Assembly (NCBI GenBank): GCA_049599475.1
Contig: JBMYOQ010000035.1
Location: 1 to 43,293, forward strand
Direction of reading: 5' to 3'
Origin: Opitutales bacterium
Lineage (GTDB): Bacteria; Verrucomicrobiota; Verrucomicrobiia; Opitutales; JABSRG01
DNA length: 43,293 nt
Numbering within the stretch: the first letter of the stretch is position 1; every line of letters begins with the position of its first letter. Below the pieces are notes generated by a model. It was given only the letters and a program-made list of their open reading frames with translations. It did no database searches and was not told the DNA's origin. This document shows positions 19,701 through 27,000 of the stretch, one piece after another. The position numbers and the translations under genes are program-made.

Positions 19701-21503
19701 AAGGACGGAACAACCGTGAACCTTACCGGAAACTCCACCCTCACTGTAAACGGAACAGCCAGTCAACAAGCTCTGGACGATCAAAACTACGGTATCGAAA
19801 TTTCAGGCACAGGAACGAGCTTATCAGTAGAAAATGGTGATATGAGTCTCACCGGAACAGGTGGCCTCGATGTCGGAGGCTATGGAATCTACTTTGGTGA
19901 TGGAGCCGCAATCACATCTACAGGCAGCGGAAACATCAACCTTTCCGGCACAAGCAACGGAGCTAGCGAAGGTATTTTTACAGACTCCAGCTCAACATTC
20001 ACATTGGGTGGCTCCTCAACGAACAGCAATATCACCCTAAGTACGGCGACTACAGGCGGTGCTGATTCCATATTACTCGATTCTGATCTCACAATCCAGA
20101 CTAGCGGCATCCTCACATTCCAATCGACCTCAACGACCGACACAATGGGACTCGGCGATTCCGCAACAGGCATCCTCAATCTAGATTCCACCGAACTCGG
20201 CACAATCGCCGACGGCACATCTTCCATTGTATTCGGTCGCAATGACGGTACGGCAGACATCGACATCGCTGCCCTCACGTTCACCGACAACGTAGTCATC
20301 CAAATCGACTCGGGCAATATCGACTTCGGCGGCACCTTTAATCTCGGCTCCAACAACCTCGAAATCAACACCTCGGGAAGCGTCACTCAATCCGCAGCAA
20401 TCAACACGGGGACCCTGACCTTAGGAGGTAATGGCACATTTACGCTGTCGAACACCTCAAACACCATCGACAGCCTTGGCAACGTAAGCCGCGGAGGCGC
20501 GCTTAGCCTCTACGATAGCGCAGGCGGTCTAAACATTAGTGGCACCATTGCGGGCACAACTAACAACGCAGTAACCATCCGCACCGTTGGCGACCTCACC
20601 TTGGACAGCGGAGCTTCCATCACAACAACTGGATCCGGAAACAACATCACCCTAGAAGCCGCAAGCGGAGCCTTTATCAACAACGCAGGCTCATCAGCAC
20701 TGAGCACCGATTCCAGATTCATCATCTACTCCCAAAATGCAGAATCGCCTCACAACAAAGGCGGCCTGATAGGAAGTGAACAGTATGAGACCGACTACGG
20801 GTCGGATCCAATCGCGACAGGAAATGTATTCTATTATTCGGACACTGAACCCGTAGAGGAAGCTCCTGAAGAAAACAGTGAAGAACCAGAGAGTCCCGGA
20901 GATTCTGAAGGCTCCGATGAAAACGAAACACCCACCGAGGACGACGTCTCAAATGAGCCTGAAAACCCATCCAATGACGAAGCTCCCTCTGAAGAAGAGA
21001 CTCCAAGCGAAAACGAAGATCAACCGGGTGATAACCTTTCAAACAATAACAATTCGACAGACCAGGAGGAACCGTCCACCGGGGAGAATAGCAGCCCATC
21101 CACCCAAGAAGAAGTCACTCCAGATGAAACTCCCAATACATCTGAATCAATAATTCAACTACAAGAGGTTGAAACCTTTATCAGCGAAGCATTTTTTCAG
21201 AACAACCAGAAGACCAGCCTCAGCCCTGCCCAACCATTGAGCGACACGCCTAGCGACACCCCAGAAAACGAGGAAGACTCTATAGATCCAAAATCAAATA
21301 CACCTCGCGAGACGACCCTTTCAGCACCTTCACCAAGTACCCCTGAAGCAAGCCCAGTTTCGAGCTCCAAAAATCCTGCAGAAAACAAAACTTACTTTGA
21401 AGACCGCCTTGATATCGAGATTCTTGAGGTATCCGCAAACGAAGAGATTCTCTATCCAATAGACGAGAATCTCAAAAAGAAGGAGAAAGAAGAAGAGCGC
21501 TAG
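10785..21503 (+). CDS. Filamentous haemagglutinin-like TpsA exoprotein (~3570 aa)
   Basis: TPS secretion domain (ANPSGATVVYG, IIDWQDFSI, ALNRV, IFLINPNG), a G/T/S/N/D-rich beta-helical body and an acidic tail. ATG 10785 is preferred over TTG 10740. Confidence 0.95.
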   Translation: MSLRNPIGDRTKRALVYLQTLALIFTSSHPVLIANPSGATVVYGNAVFNDNGPELTVQQNGQQLIIDWQDFSIDAGEVTRFVQPSTTASALNRVVSGNLSEIYGQLDANGEIFLINPNGVIIGESAQIDAASFTASTLDIENTDFLDGGNRTFRATGTVSGHIINMGRIEAISGDITLISEVITQSGELIASQGSVDLAAGREVIVQPDSDKRIFISLPSDEASIDNTGSIEAARAEIVAAHSNPYALAINQDGVVRATGTQAVNGEIWLVADGGTVAMTGQLDASNADSSGGDILVTGSQTGIYDGAQIRADGDGADGGQVLIGGSRRGTDDSIFHSDRTYIAEGAQVSVDASGADSTAGTLIAWGNETLRSFGQLSARGAGYASGGFIETSAGWFDLGSSVADVSSDFGQSGEWLIDPYNIVINDGGLDEFGDTTNPFDNPNTDDAQIDVDTLIAALTSGSGVTVTVETGASGSQDGDITFAADLDYNGIGTGDTLWLRAANDILFNAGIAITDSSGADDSLNLVFQSDSDGSGAGAISTNGATTLFTQGGEIIFSGGNYSTLDDLRTLGMAQGNPSRTNGIYIHEARFDTSGGNVTLRGNGTTQHGVKLDNDSYIHTGSGNITLYGISSSGNGDKGVTLEGVTITANGGDLNFTGFGLSNNNNQDKFAHGVDIADGSSITLTGDSTFTITGTSSQASNDDQNYGVNVSGSGTTISIENGNLAITGTGGLDVGGYGIYLGDGASIQSTGTGDISLTGTSNGTSEGIYSSHTSAFTLGGASMTGDIFLSAGTTGGSDSILLDSDLNIQTSGSITLQSETASDTIGLGDSATGTLNLDATELSTLADGAATIIFGRTDGTGSIDVEALTFTDDVLIQSDTGIIDFDGAFSVGSNDLGLDTDGAITQTGAITAAGIVITGSGDHFLENASNDADTIAGSGGNLAFADTDDLSIGSVTINGTTTNGINVGANNLALATEGALTQTQAIIAFGLGLRGSGTKTLTNSSNDVDELGAFGGVLEYVDADDLTIARTTVNSTLHDALEVVGDVTITAGDDLIFSNDSNFDGNGSGNTWWFRAYEDINLNANDSISDGSGSDDSITVVFQSDYNNSGTGGINLSSDSLISTNGGEVIMSGGNGSTLADLRTSGFARTGANNSGRGFRTAGGDIDAGTGNITIRGQGDTNDGIFINSGSSISTTTGSITIVGDSNSDNDNGIDIAGASTITSSGGIVSITGTTTSDNSGGNQTAHGIEIFGGSTINLTGTATLSIDGTGSQQVNDDRNYGIYLYGTGTGISVENGDMAITGTGGVNTESYGIYLGEDISIASTGTGNITLTGTSTAEAGIYSETTAAYTLGGASMSGDITLIANTTSAGDSIVIDSDLTLQTSSNIIFQSGVASDTMGLGDTSTGLFNLDTTELGTIADGAATIIFGRTDGSGNIDVETLTFTDDVLLQSNTGTIDFDGAISVGTNDLGLDSDGAITQTGAITAGGLVISGSGDHFLENSSNDVDTLAATGGNLSFVDSDGFNIGSVTINSATTNGIDVGSNDLSLDSDGAITQSSAITAGGLVILGSGDHFLENTSNDVDTIAGSGGNLAFADTDDLVIGSVTVNSTTTNGINVGANDVAFDTAGALTQTQAIIGDELGLRGNGTKTLTNSSNNVVEIGAIEGSINYFDTDDLLIGHTTINTTTHNALEVIGDVTITSGAELQLGNDSDFDGNGSGNTWWFRAHEDIQFNSGDVISDETGSDDSINVYLQSDYDNSGTGGINFAGGAGITTNGGEIILSGGNGATAADLRTTGFARQGSNNSGRGIRMSGATLDSGAGNITVRGLGGTGSGIRLLSGADISSTTGSITIVGDSDSTNDNGISMDSSASISSAGGAVSLTGTTDSENTGGTKTANGISISEGTTIILTGASTLTLDGTASQQVNDTRNYGIYLNGTLGAVTLSVENGDMTINGVGGVNSEGYGVYIGEGSTVASTGTGNISITGTSTTDAGIYSESTTAVSIGGASTSGDITFTANTTSAGDSIILDSDITIQTSGNVAFQSGVASDTMGLGDSATGLFNLDATELGTIADGAANIIFGRSDGSGAIDIEALTFTDDVLIQSDSGTIDIDGALSVGTNDLAISSNASLTQSAAITAAGLQLSGSGTKILTDASNGLDTLAATGGELSLTDLDDLIIGSVTVNGTTLNGINLDASQGLHLETAGAATQTQAITATNLILSGTGSKTLTNTSNDIDDLAAYGGSVEFSDTDEITVNSVTVNGTTVTGLVLTGDSIIDALGGDLRMSADSNYNGTGAGNTLWLRASDDIPFDANVNIYDSAGSTESLSVYLQSDSDGSGDGNIDLDTGSSIESNGGEIILSGGNYATLADLRSLGSAQGGVGALGVQVNGTLNSETGNITARGTGGTGAGVWLNGATVDSTTGDITIYGTASNNSTGIFLSNAASVTSDGGAVSITGIGDSDNLGGSTSAHGFSIYDASTITLTGDSTLDISGTASQQLNDTNNIGVRISDTGTALSVENGDMTITGTGGYSTVGYGIFFSSEASIRSTGTGDVYLDGVSSGDERGIWTNSSTTLTLGDASMTSDIYLTSSTTSGTDAIRIDSDLTIDTSGTVYLRPGDTTTTIGLGPSATGIFSLNAGGLGVIDDGVTAIVIGRTDSTASMDLRALTLTDDIVLQSGSGSINFASSFNVGTNYLTINSGGAVTQSGAITAAGLQVLGSGTKTLDHASNAIDEVAGSGGALELYNSGALDLGEVTVNGVTSTGLSISGDTLLTAAGGDLDITEDSDYNGTGAGNTMWLRASEVIRFNTAKDIRDSSGSGDSINLVFQSDYDGDGEGSFDTNGVTNINTQGGEIIVSGGSGATLNDLRTTGSAQGLSGDAWGVYMNDARIYTEGGDITIRGNGSVQDGVKLNDGSILDSGSGSITIYGTTDGADDTGVEFEGVTINSSGGDVSITGFGESNNNNTDRFANGVSFKDGTTVNLTGNSTLTVNGTASQQALDDQNYGIEISGTGTSLSVENGDMSLTGTGGLDVGGYGIYFGDGAAITSTGSGNINLSGTSNGASEGIFTDSSSTFTLGGSSTNSNITLSTATTGGADSILLDSDLTIQTSGILTFQSTSTTDTMGLGDSATGILNLDSTELGTIADGTSSIVFGRNDGTADIDIAALTFTDNVVIQIDSGNIDFGGTFNLGSNNLEINTSGSVTQSAAINTGTLTLGGNGTFTLSNTSNTIDSLGNVSRGGALSLYDSAGGLNISGTIAGTTNNAVTIRTVGDLTLDSGASITTTGSGNNITLEAASGAFINNAGSSALSTDSRFIIYSQNAESPHNKGGLIGSEQYETDYGSDPIATGNVFYYSDTEPVEEAPEENSEEPESPGDSEGSDENETPTEDDVSNEPENPSNDEAPSEEETPSENEDQPGDNLSNNNNSTDQEEPSTGENSSPSTQEEVTPDETPNTSESIIQLQEVETFISEAFFQNNQKTSLSPAQPLSDTPSDTPENEEDSIDPKSNTPRETTLSAPSPSTPEASPVSSSKNPAENKTYFEDRLDIEILEVSANEEILYPIDENLKKKEKEEER
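12246..20500 (+). repeat. Five long intragenic repeats of the TpsA gene
   Basis: The anchor motif [DN][YF][ND]GxGxG[DN]TxW[LF]RAx[DE]xI starts at 12246, 13968, 15918, 17652 and 19137. The end coordinate is approximate. Confidence 0.9.
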
Positions 21504-22267
21504 CGGTAGGCCAAGTGCATTTTCGCCTTCATGTCACGAACCGCTTCATCGATTCCTACAAATATTGCTCGCGAAATGATTGAGTGCCCGATATTTAACT
21601 CATACAAGTGAGGAACCGCTACGACTAAGTCCGTCACATTATGATAATTTAAACCGTGCCCGGCGTTCACCTTCATCCCAAGCGTATGAGAAAGCTCGGC
21701 ACCTTTTACCAGCTTTTCCAATTCTGAGTATTTGCTCGAGCTTTCGTAATACCCATTCGCATACGCGCCCGTGTGCAACTCTACCATGTCGGCACCCGCT
21801 TCTTTCGAAGCTTGGATGGCTTCGTCGTCAGGATCGATGAACAGGCTGATCTCGATACCCGCATCCTGCAAAATCTTCGTCGCAGCTTTCACGCGCTCGA
21901 AATTCCCAGCCACATCCAATCCACCTTCGGTAGTCACCTCTTCACGGCTTTCGGGAACGAGCAAGACGCACTCGGGCTTCACCCCCAGTGCAAATTCCAC
22001 CATTTCATCGGTGCATGCCATCTCAAGATTCATTCGCGTCGCGATGACTTCTTTAAGCCGGAGGACATCCGAGCGCTGCACGTGGCGCTGGTCTTCCCGA
22101 GGGTGCAAGGTGATACCATCCGCCCCAGCCTTTTCAGCAGCCTGTGCTACCGCGACTGGATCGGGTTCGACATTTTGGCCGCTATCACGCTCGTATTCGC
22201 GGTAGCGTGCCTGGCGCACAGTCGCGCTATGGTCAATATTTACACCGAGGAGAATAGGAGCTTTCAT
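21500..22267 (-). CDS. pdxJ: Pyridoxine 5'-phosphate synthase
   Basis: LGVNIDHSATVRQAR, GADGITLHPREDQRH, VTTEGGLD, VELHTG, NAGHGL and ELNIGHSII. Start trimmed to ATG 22267. Confidence 0.98.
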   Translation of the reverse strand: MKAPILLGVNIDHSATVRQARYREYERDSGQNVEPDPVAVAQAAEKAGADGITLHPREDQRHVQRSDVLRLKEVIATRMNLEMACTDEMVEFALGVKPECVLLVPESREEVTTEGGLDVAGNFERVKAATKILQDAGIEISLFIDPDDEAIQASKEAGADMVELHTGAYANGYYESSSKYSELEKLVKGAELSHTLGMKVNAGHGLNYHNVTDLVVAVPHLYELNIGHSIISRAIFVGIDEAVRDMKAKMHLAYR

Positions 22268-22304
22268 GTTTTTAAGTGATATCAGGTTGCGGAGAAAAGC
22301 AGTA

Positions 22305-23024
22305 TTAGATGGGGAGCTCTGTCTGCAAGTTACTTGCCGGGTCGGAAAGAATTTTTTGCAAGAATGACATACGATGAATCGGACATGGACCATCCCTCAA
22401 CAGCGCGGCTCGATGCACGCCCGTGCCATAGCCCTTATTCTCCGAGAAGCGATAGGCTGGATACTGCTCGCAGATCCCTTCCATAAGCTGATCACGGTGA
22501 ACCTTCGCCAAGATGGACGCCATCGCAATCACCAGACTTTTATCATCGCCCTTTACAATAGCATCATGGGGATACCCCAGTCGTTTCACCGGACGACCAT
22601 CGATTAAAATTTTCGGAGCCCCTTCGGATTCCCAGTTTATCTGCCCAGGGAGGAGTGCGGCCAAGGCACGTCGCATCGCCAAAGTATTCGCTTCGAGAAT
22701 GTTTAGCTGCTCGATCTCGGCGACAGACCCTTCCGCGATCTCAAAACTGAGGAGCCCGTCCGCTTGCCATTTCCGCATGTCTGCCACCAGGGCTTCACGG
22801 CGCTCCGCCGAGAGCTGCTTTGAGTCCCGCATTTCCAAACAGACAGTTCGCCGCGCCCGACTCCCAAAAAATCCTTTATCCAAACACACCGCAGCAGCCA
22901 CCACGGGCCCTGCCAAACAGCCACGCCCCACCTCATCGACACCCACCAGCATCGAATACTCGGAAGCGAGCCGCCGATCATGCAACCAGCGCTTCGGTGA
23001 TTTTTTCCTATCGGCCACACCCAC
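22305..23024 (-). CDS. rnhB: Ribonuclease HII
   Basis: GVDEVGRGCLAGPVVAAAV, DSKQLS, LIDG, KGDDKS..IAMASILAKVHRD, NKGYGT and PIHRMSF. Confidence 0.97.
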   Translation of the reverse strand: MGVADRKKSPKRWLHDRRLASEYSMLVGVDEVGRGCLAGPVVAAAVCLDKGFFGSRARRTVCLEMRDSKQLSAERREALVADMRKWQADGLLSFEIAEGSVAEIEQLNILEANTLAMRRALAALLPGQINWESEGAPKILIDGRPVKRLGYPHDAIVKGDDKSLVIAMASILAKVHRDQLMEGICEQYPAYRFSENKGYGTGVHRAALLRDGPCPIHRMSFLQKILSDPASNLQTELPI

Positions 23025-23081
23025 AGTTCACGGAATCAGCGAAAAATTGCACGTCCGAATCTTCGATTTATCACACTTAAA

Positions 23082-23120
23082 CGACCTACTATTTGACCAG
23101 CTACTTGACCTATTTAAAAT
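23082..23120 (+). promoter_or_regulatory. Putative sigma70 promoter and operator of the TA operon
   Basis: TTGACC (23093)-16 bp-TAAAAT (23115). GACC recurs with a 12-bp period at 23083, 23095 and 23107. Confidence 0.6.
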
Positions 23121-23132
23121 TCTCCCAAAGCT

Positions 23133-23516
23133 ATGCACATGGTTAGAGTAAACTTGAGCGACCTGAAAACACATCTGTCCGACTATGCACGACGGGTAAA
23201 AGCGGGTGAGTCCTTGATTATATGCGAGCGAAATAAACCGATCGCAGAGTTTAGGCCTTTCAACGAAAACAAGCCTTATTTCCAGGACAACGCTTCCTCA
23301 GAGACTCTATATGTAGCCGAAGATTCCTATCCACCTGAGTCCGAAGCGCTGATTTCGAGCGCACTCAAATATGGGAGTTTTGGAAGCAAACAGGAGGTCA
23401 TACAGAAGGCGCTCAGCGACTTCGTTCGCAAACATCGCCAAATCCAGATCCTCGAGCTGGAAGGTGCTGTCGATTACTACGACGACTACGATTACAAGGA
23501 GGCACGGCGCAAATGA
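23133..23516 (+). CDS. Type II antitoxin: Phd/YefM-like N-domain fused to a VapB-like C-domain
   Basis: The N-terminus VNLSDLKTHLSDYARRVKAGESLIICERNKPIA is Phd-type. The C-terminus LISSALKYG...SKQEVIQKALSDFVRKHRQIQILELEGAVDYYDDYDYKEARR is VapB-type. ATGA overlap with the toxin. Confidence 0.85.
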   Translation: MHMVRVNLSDLKTHLSDYARRVKAGESLIICERNKPIAEFRPFNENKPYFQDNASSETLYVAEDSYPPESEALISSALKYGSFGSKQEVIQKALSDFVRKHRQIQILELEGAVDYYDDYDYKEARRK

Positions 23517-23923
23517 AACGCTTCATCGCAGATACCTCAGTATGGTCGATTTTTCTCAGGCGTTCGAGTCCTGACGAATCAGAGCTCAAGGCTCAGTTAC
23601 GCGCCGCTATCCTTTCCGATGAAGTTCAAATGCTTGGCATCATCCGCCAGGAATGCTTGTCAGGCATCAAGGAGCACGCGCAATTCATTCGACTTAAAGA
23701 ATACTTAGATGGCTTTCCCGATCTCTTGGCCACTACAGAGGATCACCTCAAGGCCGCAGAGTATTGCAACACGTGCCGCAGGAAGGGTTTCCAGGGCGGA
23801 TTTGCAGATTTCCTTATCTGCGCTCAAGCGAATTCCGCTGGACTCCCTATACTCACCAAGGACAAGGATTTTCTAGAATACCAGAGAATACTACCAATAA
23901 GGCTTGTGGGGCAAGGAGCCTAG
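23513..23923 (+). CDS. vapC: PIN-domain toxin (VapC family)
   Basis: IADTSVW, IRQECLSG, ADFLICA and ILTKDKDF supply the acidic PIN residues. Confidence 0.93.
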   Translation: MKRFIADTSVWSIFLRRSSPDESELKAQLRAAILSDEVQMLGIIRQECLSGIKEHAQFIRLKEYLDGFPDLLATTEDHLKAAEYCNTCRRKGFQGGFADFLICAQANSAGLPILTKDKDFLEYQRILPIRLVGQGA

Positions 23924-23941
23924 CTCGAGCTCAACGCCCTG

Positions 23942-24010
23942 TCGGCCACCAAAACGCGTTGGCCGAAGCAGCTACGCTGAATGATGCCAGCGAGGGTACT
24001 CGGCGCTACC
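23942..24010. repeat. Two degenerate hairpins ending in CTAC (GTAG-REP-like) between convergent genes
   Basis: TCGGCCA-N11-TGGCCGA...GCTAC and GCCAGCGAG-GGTA-CTCGGCGCTAC. Confidence 0.35.
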
Positions 24011-24055
24011 TTTGAAAGGAGGTTCCTCTTATCCAGCTAGCTCCAGGAATACTGC

Positions 24056-27000
24056 CTATTCCGCTGCTTGTGGCTGCTCGACACGAAGGCGGAAGAAGTC
24101 TTTGGGCTCGTTCTCGTAGGTCTCGGTGGAGCGGATGGTTCGGAGGCCGTTGGTGATATCCTCGATGCTCAATCCGGTCGGGCTCCAGGGGTCCGTTTGG
24201 CCTAGGTCTGTAGAAGCTTCTGGGATAATGTTTAGCAGGCCCAACGCTTGTGGATTAATCGGATGGGTGATCTCGATGAGGCCATTGGAATCGATCTGAA
24301 ACTCAGGCGTCGGGATGAGGGCTCCGGGTGAGAGGTCGAATGCAAAGGCTGCAAGGTTGGCAGGGCCGTCAGCTGAATTATCTGGCAAGAGCCCATTTTC
24401 CAGTTCCCAAAGGTTGGAGAGGCCGTCGCTATCCTCATCACGGATCAAGATCTCGGAGGCGAGTCCAGCCTCGTAGTGGACGCGGATCCGGTCGTCACTA
24501 AGCGGCTTGTTGTAAAGAGCGACTTCGTCTATCTCGAATCCTTGCGAGGCCGGAAAAATCCCGTCTCTGCCGACAAACATTTGGTTCCCGGTATTGTCGG
24601 GCGTGGTCCCGGTGCCGGTGCCATCGAATCCGTTCGGGAAGGAGAAGCTCGAGTGAATTCCTGATTGGACTCCGTTAACAAAGAGATCGAGGCGCCCGCC
24701 ATCTGTGCCAGGATCCCAGCGGGACACGACGTGATACAGCTCACCCACTTCGATGGGGGTGTCGCCATTGAACGCATAGCCAGTGGTAGTATATGCATGG
24801 GGCCGCAAGAGTAGGGTGCCGTCGACGTTGAGAAGATTGACCATGAAACAGAAGCTGGTGCTAGGGTCGGTTTCCCCGTCGCCGACGAGATTCGTCTGGG
24901 CATTCAAGGGTATGGTTTCGGTCACGCGGAGCCAGAATTCGGTGGTGAAGCCTGTGGAGCCCGCCGGATATTTCTCGAAAGGCACGGTAAACAGGATGCC
25001 TTCGTGATTGGCTGCGCCCGCGATATCTAGATTAAGGCCTGTGCCTGAGGTGCTATTGGGCAAGAGTTCGGCGCTTGTGGCGTCGATCGGGCCGCGGAAA
25101 GCGCCATCTGCGACCGAGCCGAGGTTACCTAAATTTACTTCGGGAGCGTTGGATGTGGTGTCCGAATTTGTGGCGAGGGCTGGCACATGATCCATCGGCC
25201 AATAAACGATTGGCGCATCGGCGAGCACGATACTCTGGTAATCGGGCTCAGCGATTGGAGGCGCGTTTAACAATAATTGGTTTCCTTCGATGCTCAGAGA
25301 AAAGCCCGACGGCAGCGGGGTGGTGGTATTGAACTGGTTTAATGTCGTGGATATATTCGTCGCCGCGCTGAAATCGATCAAGGTGACTGTGGGAAGCCCG
25401 TGCAATAAGGGATATGCGCTGATGTCTACGGAGATGGATTCACTCAGCTCAAAAGGTCCACCGTTGATCGCAAGGGATGCGCTAGGATTCAGGCGAAGAG
25501 ATACCGAGCTACCTGCCTCTACGATGAGCCCTTTTAGAGTACTGCGGTCCGAGATGACAAGCGTGCCCGCTGCCTCCACGGTCAGTTCGCTTTTGAGTAG
25601 GTCTGCACGCAGATCCAAGGTGCCACCCGAGAGTGTCGTCGTGCCGGAGTAGGTGTGCTCGCCGTGAAGTATTACCGTGCCAGGTCCACCGAACACGATG
25701 CCTGCGGAGCCTTGGTGCGAGGCGGTATTGGGTTTGCCGAAATACGTAGAGCCATCCATATCCGCAATGCTTCCAAGGATTTCGATAGTTTCGCCAAATG
25801 GTGGAGACAGGGCTTGGGTTTGGTTACCGTGGAGAAAGATACCTGAGCCAAAGCCGTAGCCACTTAAATCACCGATTGTTCTGGGCGCACTATTCTCGCC
25901 TATATCTAGGGAGCCGCTAAGCGTTAATGTAGCGCCTTCGTGAAGAAACAGGGCCCCTCCTAGGCTAGCTCCCGGGCCACCGCCATAGAGCGATCCATTA
26001 CTGGCACCGAAGCCGCCGGTGCCGGCGGTTCCATTTTGGCTACCACCACCACCAATGAGCCAGTTTTGGCCATATCCAGCGCCGCCGCCACCGAAGCCGC
26101 CGTCGCCTCCATAGCTATTGCCTGAGCTGCTGGCCATTCCGCCTCCGCCGCCAAAGCCACCATTGCCCCCATACACATCACTGCTGCCAATTCCGCGCCC
26201 ACCGCCGCCGCCAAAGCCGCCATCTCCTCCATCACCACTATCCAAGCTAACTCTGGAAATGTCCTCGCCGCCAAGGCCGCCGCCTGCCCCAGAACCATCA
26301 CCGGAGGGTTCGTTGTTGCCCCCCTCACCGCCGTCGTAGCCACCGAGAATCAGATCGGATGTGTGGCCGAAGAATGCTAAAATTTCATCGGGATCGGCGC
26401 TACCACCGCCTTTCCCTCCGAAGCCAAGGCCGTCGCTCGGCCTAGCACTCACTGAACTGCTGGATCCGAAACCACCACCACCGCCGTGATAACCTTGGCC
26501 ATTCAAGAGTCCACCCCCTCCGCCATAATAGTTCAGTCCTGAATCGAGAATTCCGCCTTGGCCTCCCTCAGCTTTGTTGCCCTCGAGTACGACGCCGCTA
26601 ATCACCAACTCGATGCCTTCGTTGACAAAGATTGCGCCTCCCAAGCCAGCACCTCCGCCCCCTCCCTCAAATCCGTCGCCGCCTTTGGAGAGACAGTTTT
26701 GGATGGTAAGGTTGCGGACGGTCACCTGCATATCTTGGGGGGCTGCTTCGGGATCCGAGCCGGGAAGTGGGCTGCTCCGGCCTCCGGTGAAATCGCCAAG
26801 TAGGAAGAGCCCGTGGTATAGATCCTGACCATCGAGTGTGAACCCATTGCCCTCAATCGTGACACTGCGCTGCACTGGGTAGATTTTCCGGTCTAAGATG
26901 ATATCATTTTGGAAACTGAGGGTATCGCCATGGATCGCGCCGTTGCCGTAGAGACCACTCCCACTGCTACCGCGCGCATCGCGTGGCTTGAAGGCTTCGC

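Noticed and set aside
12246..20500. Long repeats as a DGR template/variable pair or a CRISPR array
   Set aside because: They are in-frame protein repeats with mixed substitutions; there is no reverse transcriptase, cas gene or repeat-spacer pattern.
10832..21388. Many antisense ORFs inside the TpsA gene
   Set aside because: Shadow frames of a repetitive, codon-biased gene with no recognisable motifs.
10785..21503. TpsA as a CdiA contact-dependent toxin
   Set aside because: No VENN motif, toxin domain or immunity ORF; pdxJ abuts the stop codon.
22268..22393. 42-aa N-terminal extension of PdxJ overlapping rnhB
   Set aside because: PdxJ homology begins at MKAPILLGVNIDH (22267).
22513..23151. 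212-aa plus-strand ORF opposite rnhB and similar long shadows over mutY, pdxJ and the ROK gene
   Set aside because: They fully overlap well-supported genes and show no motifs.
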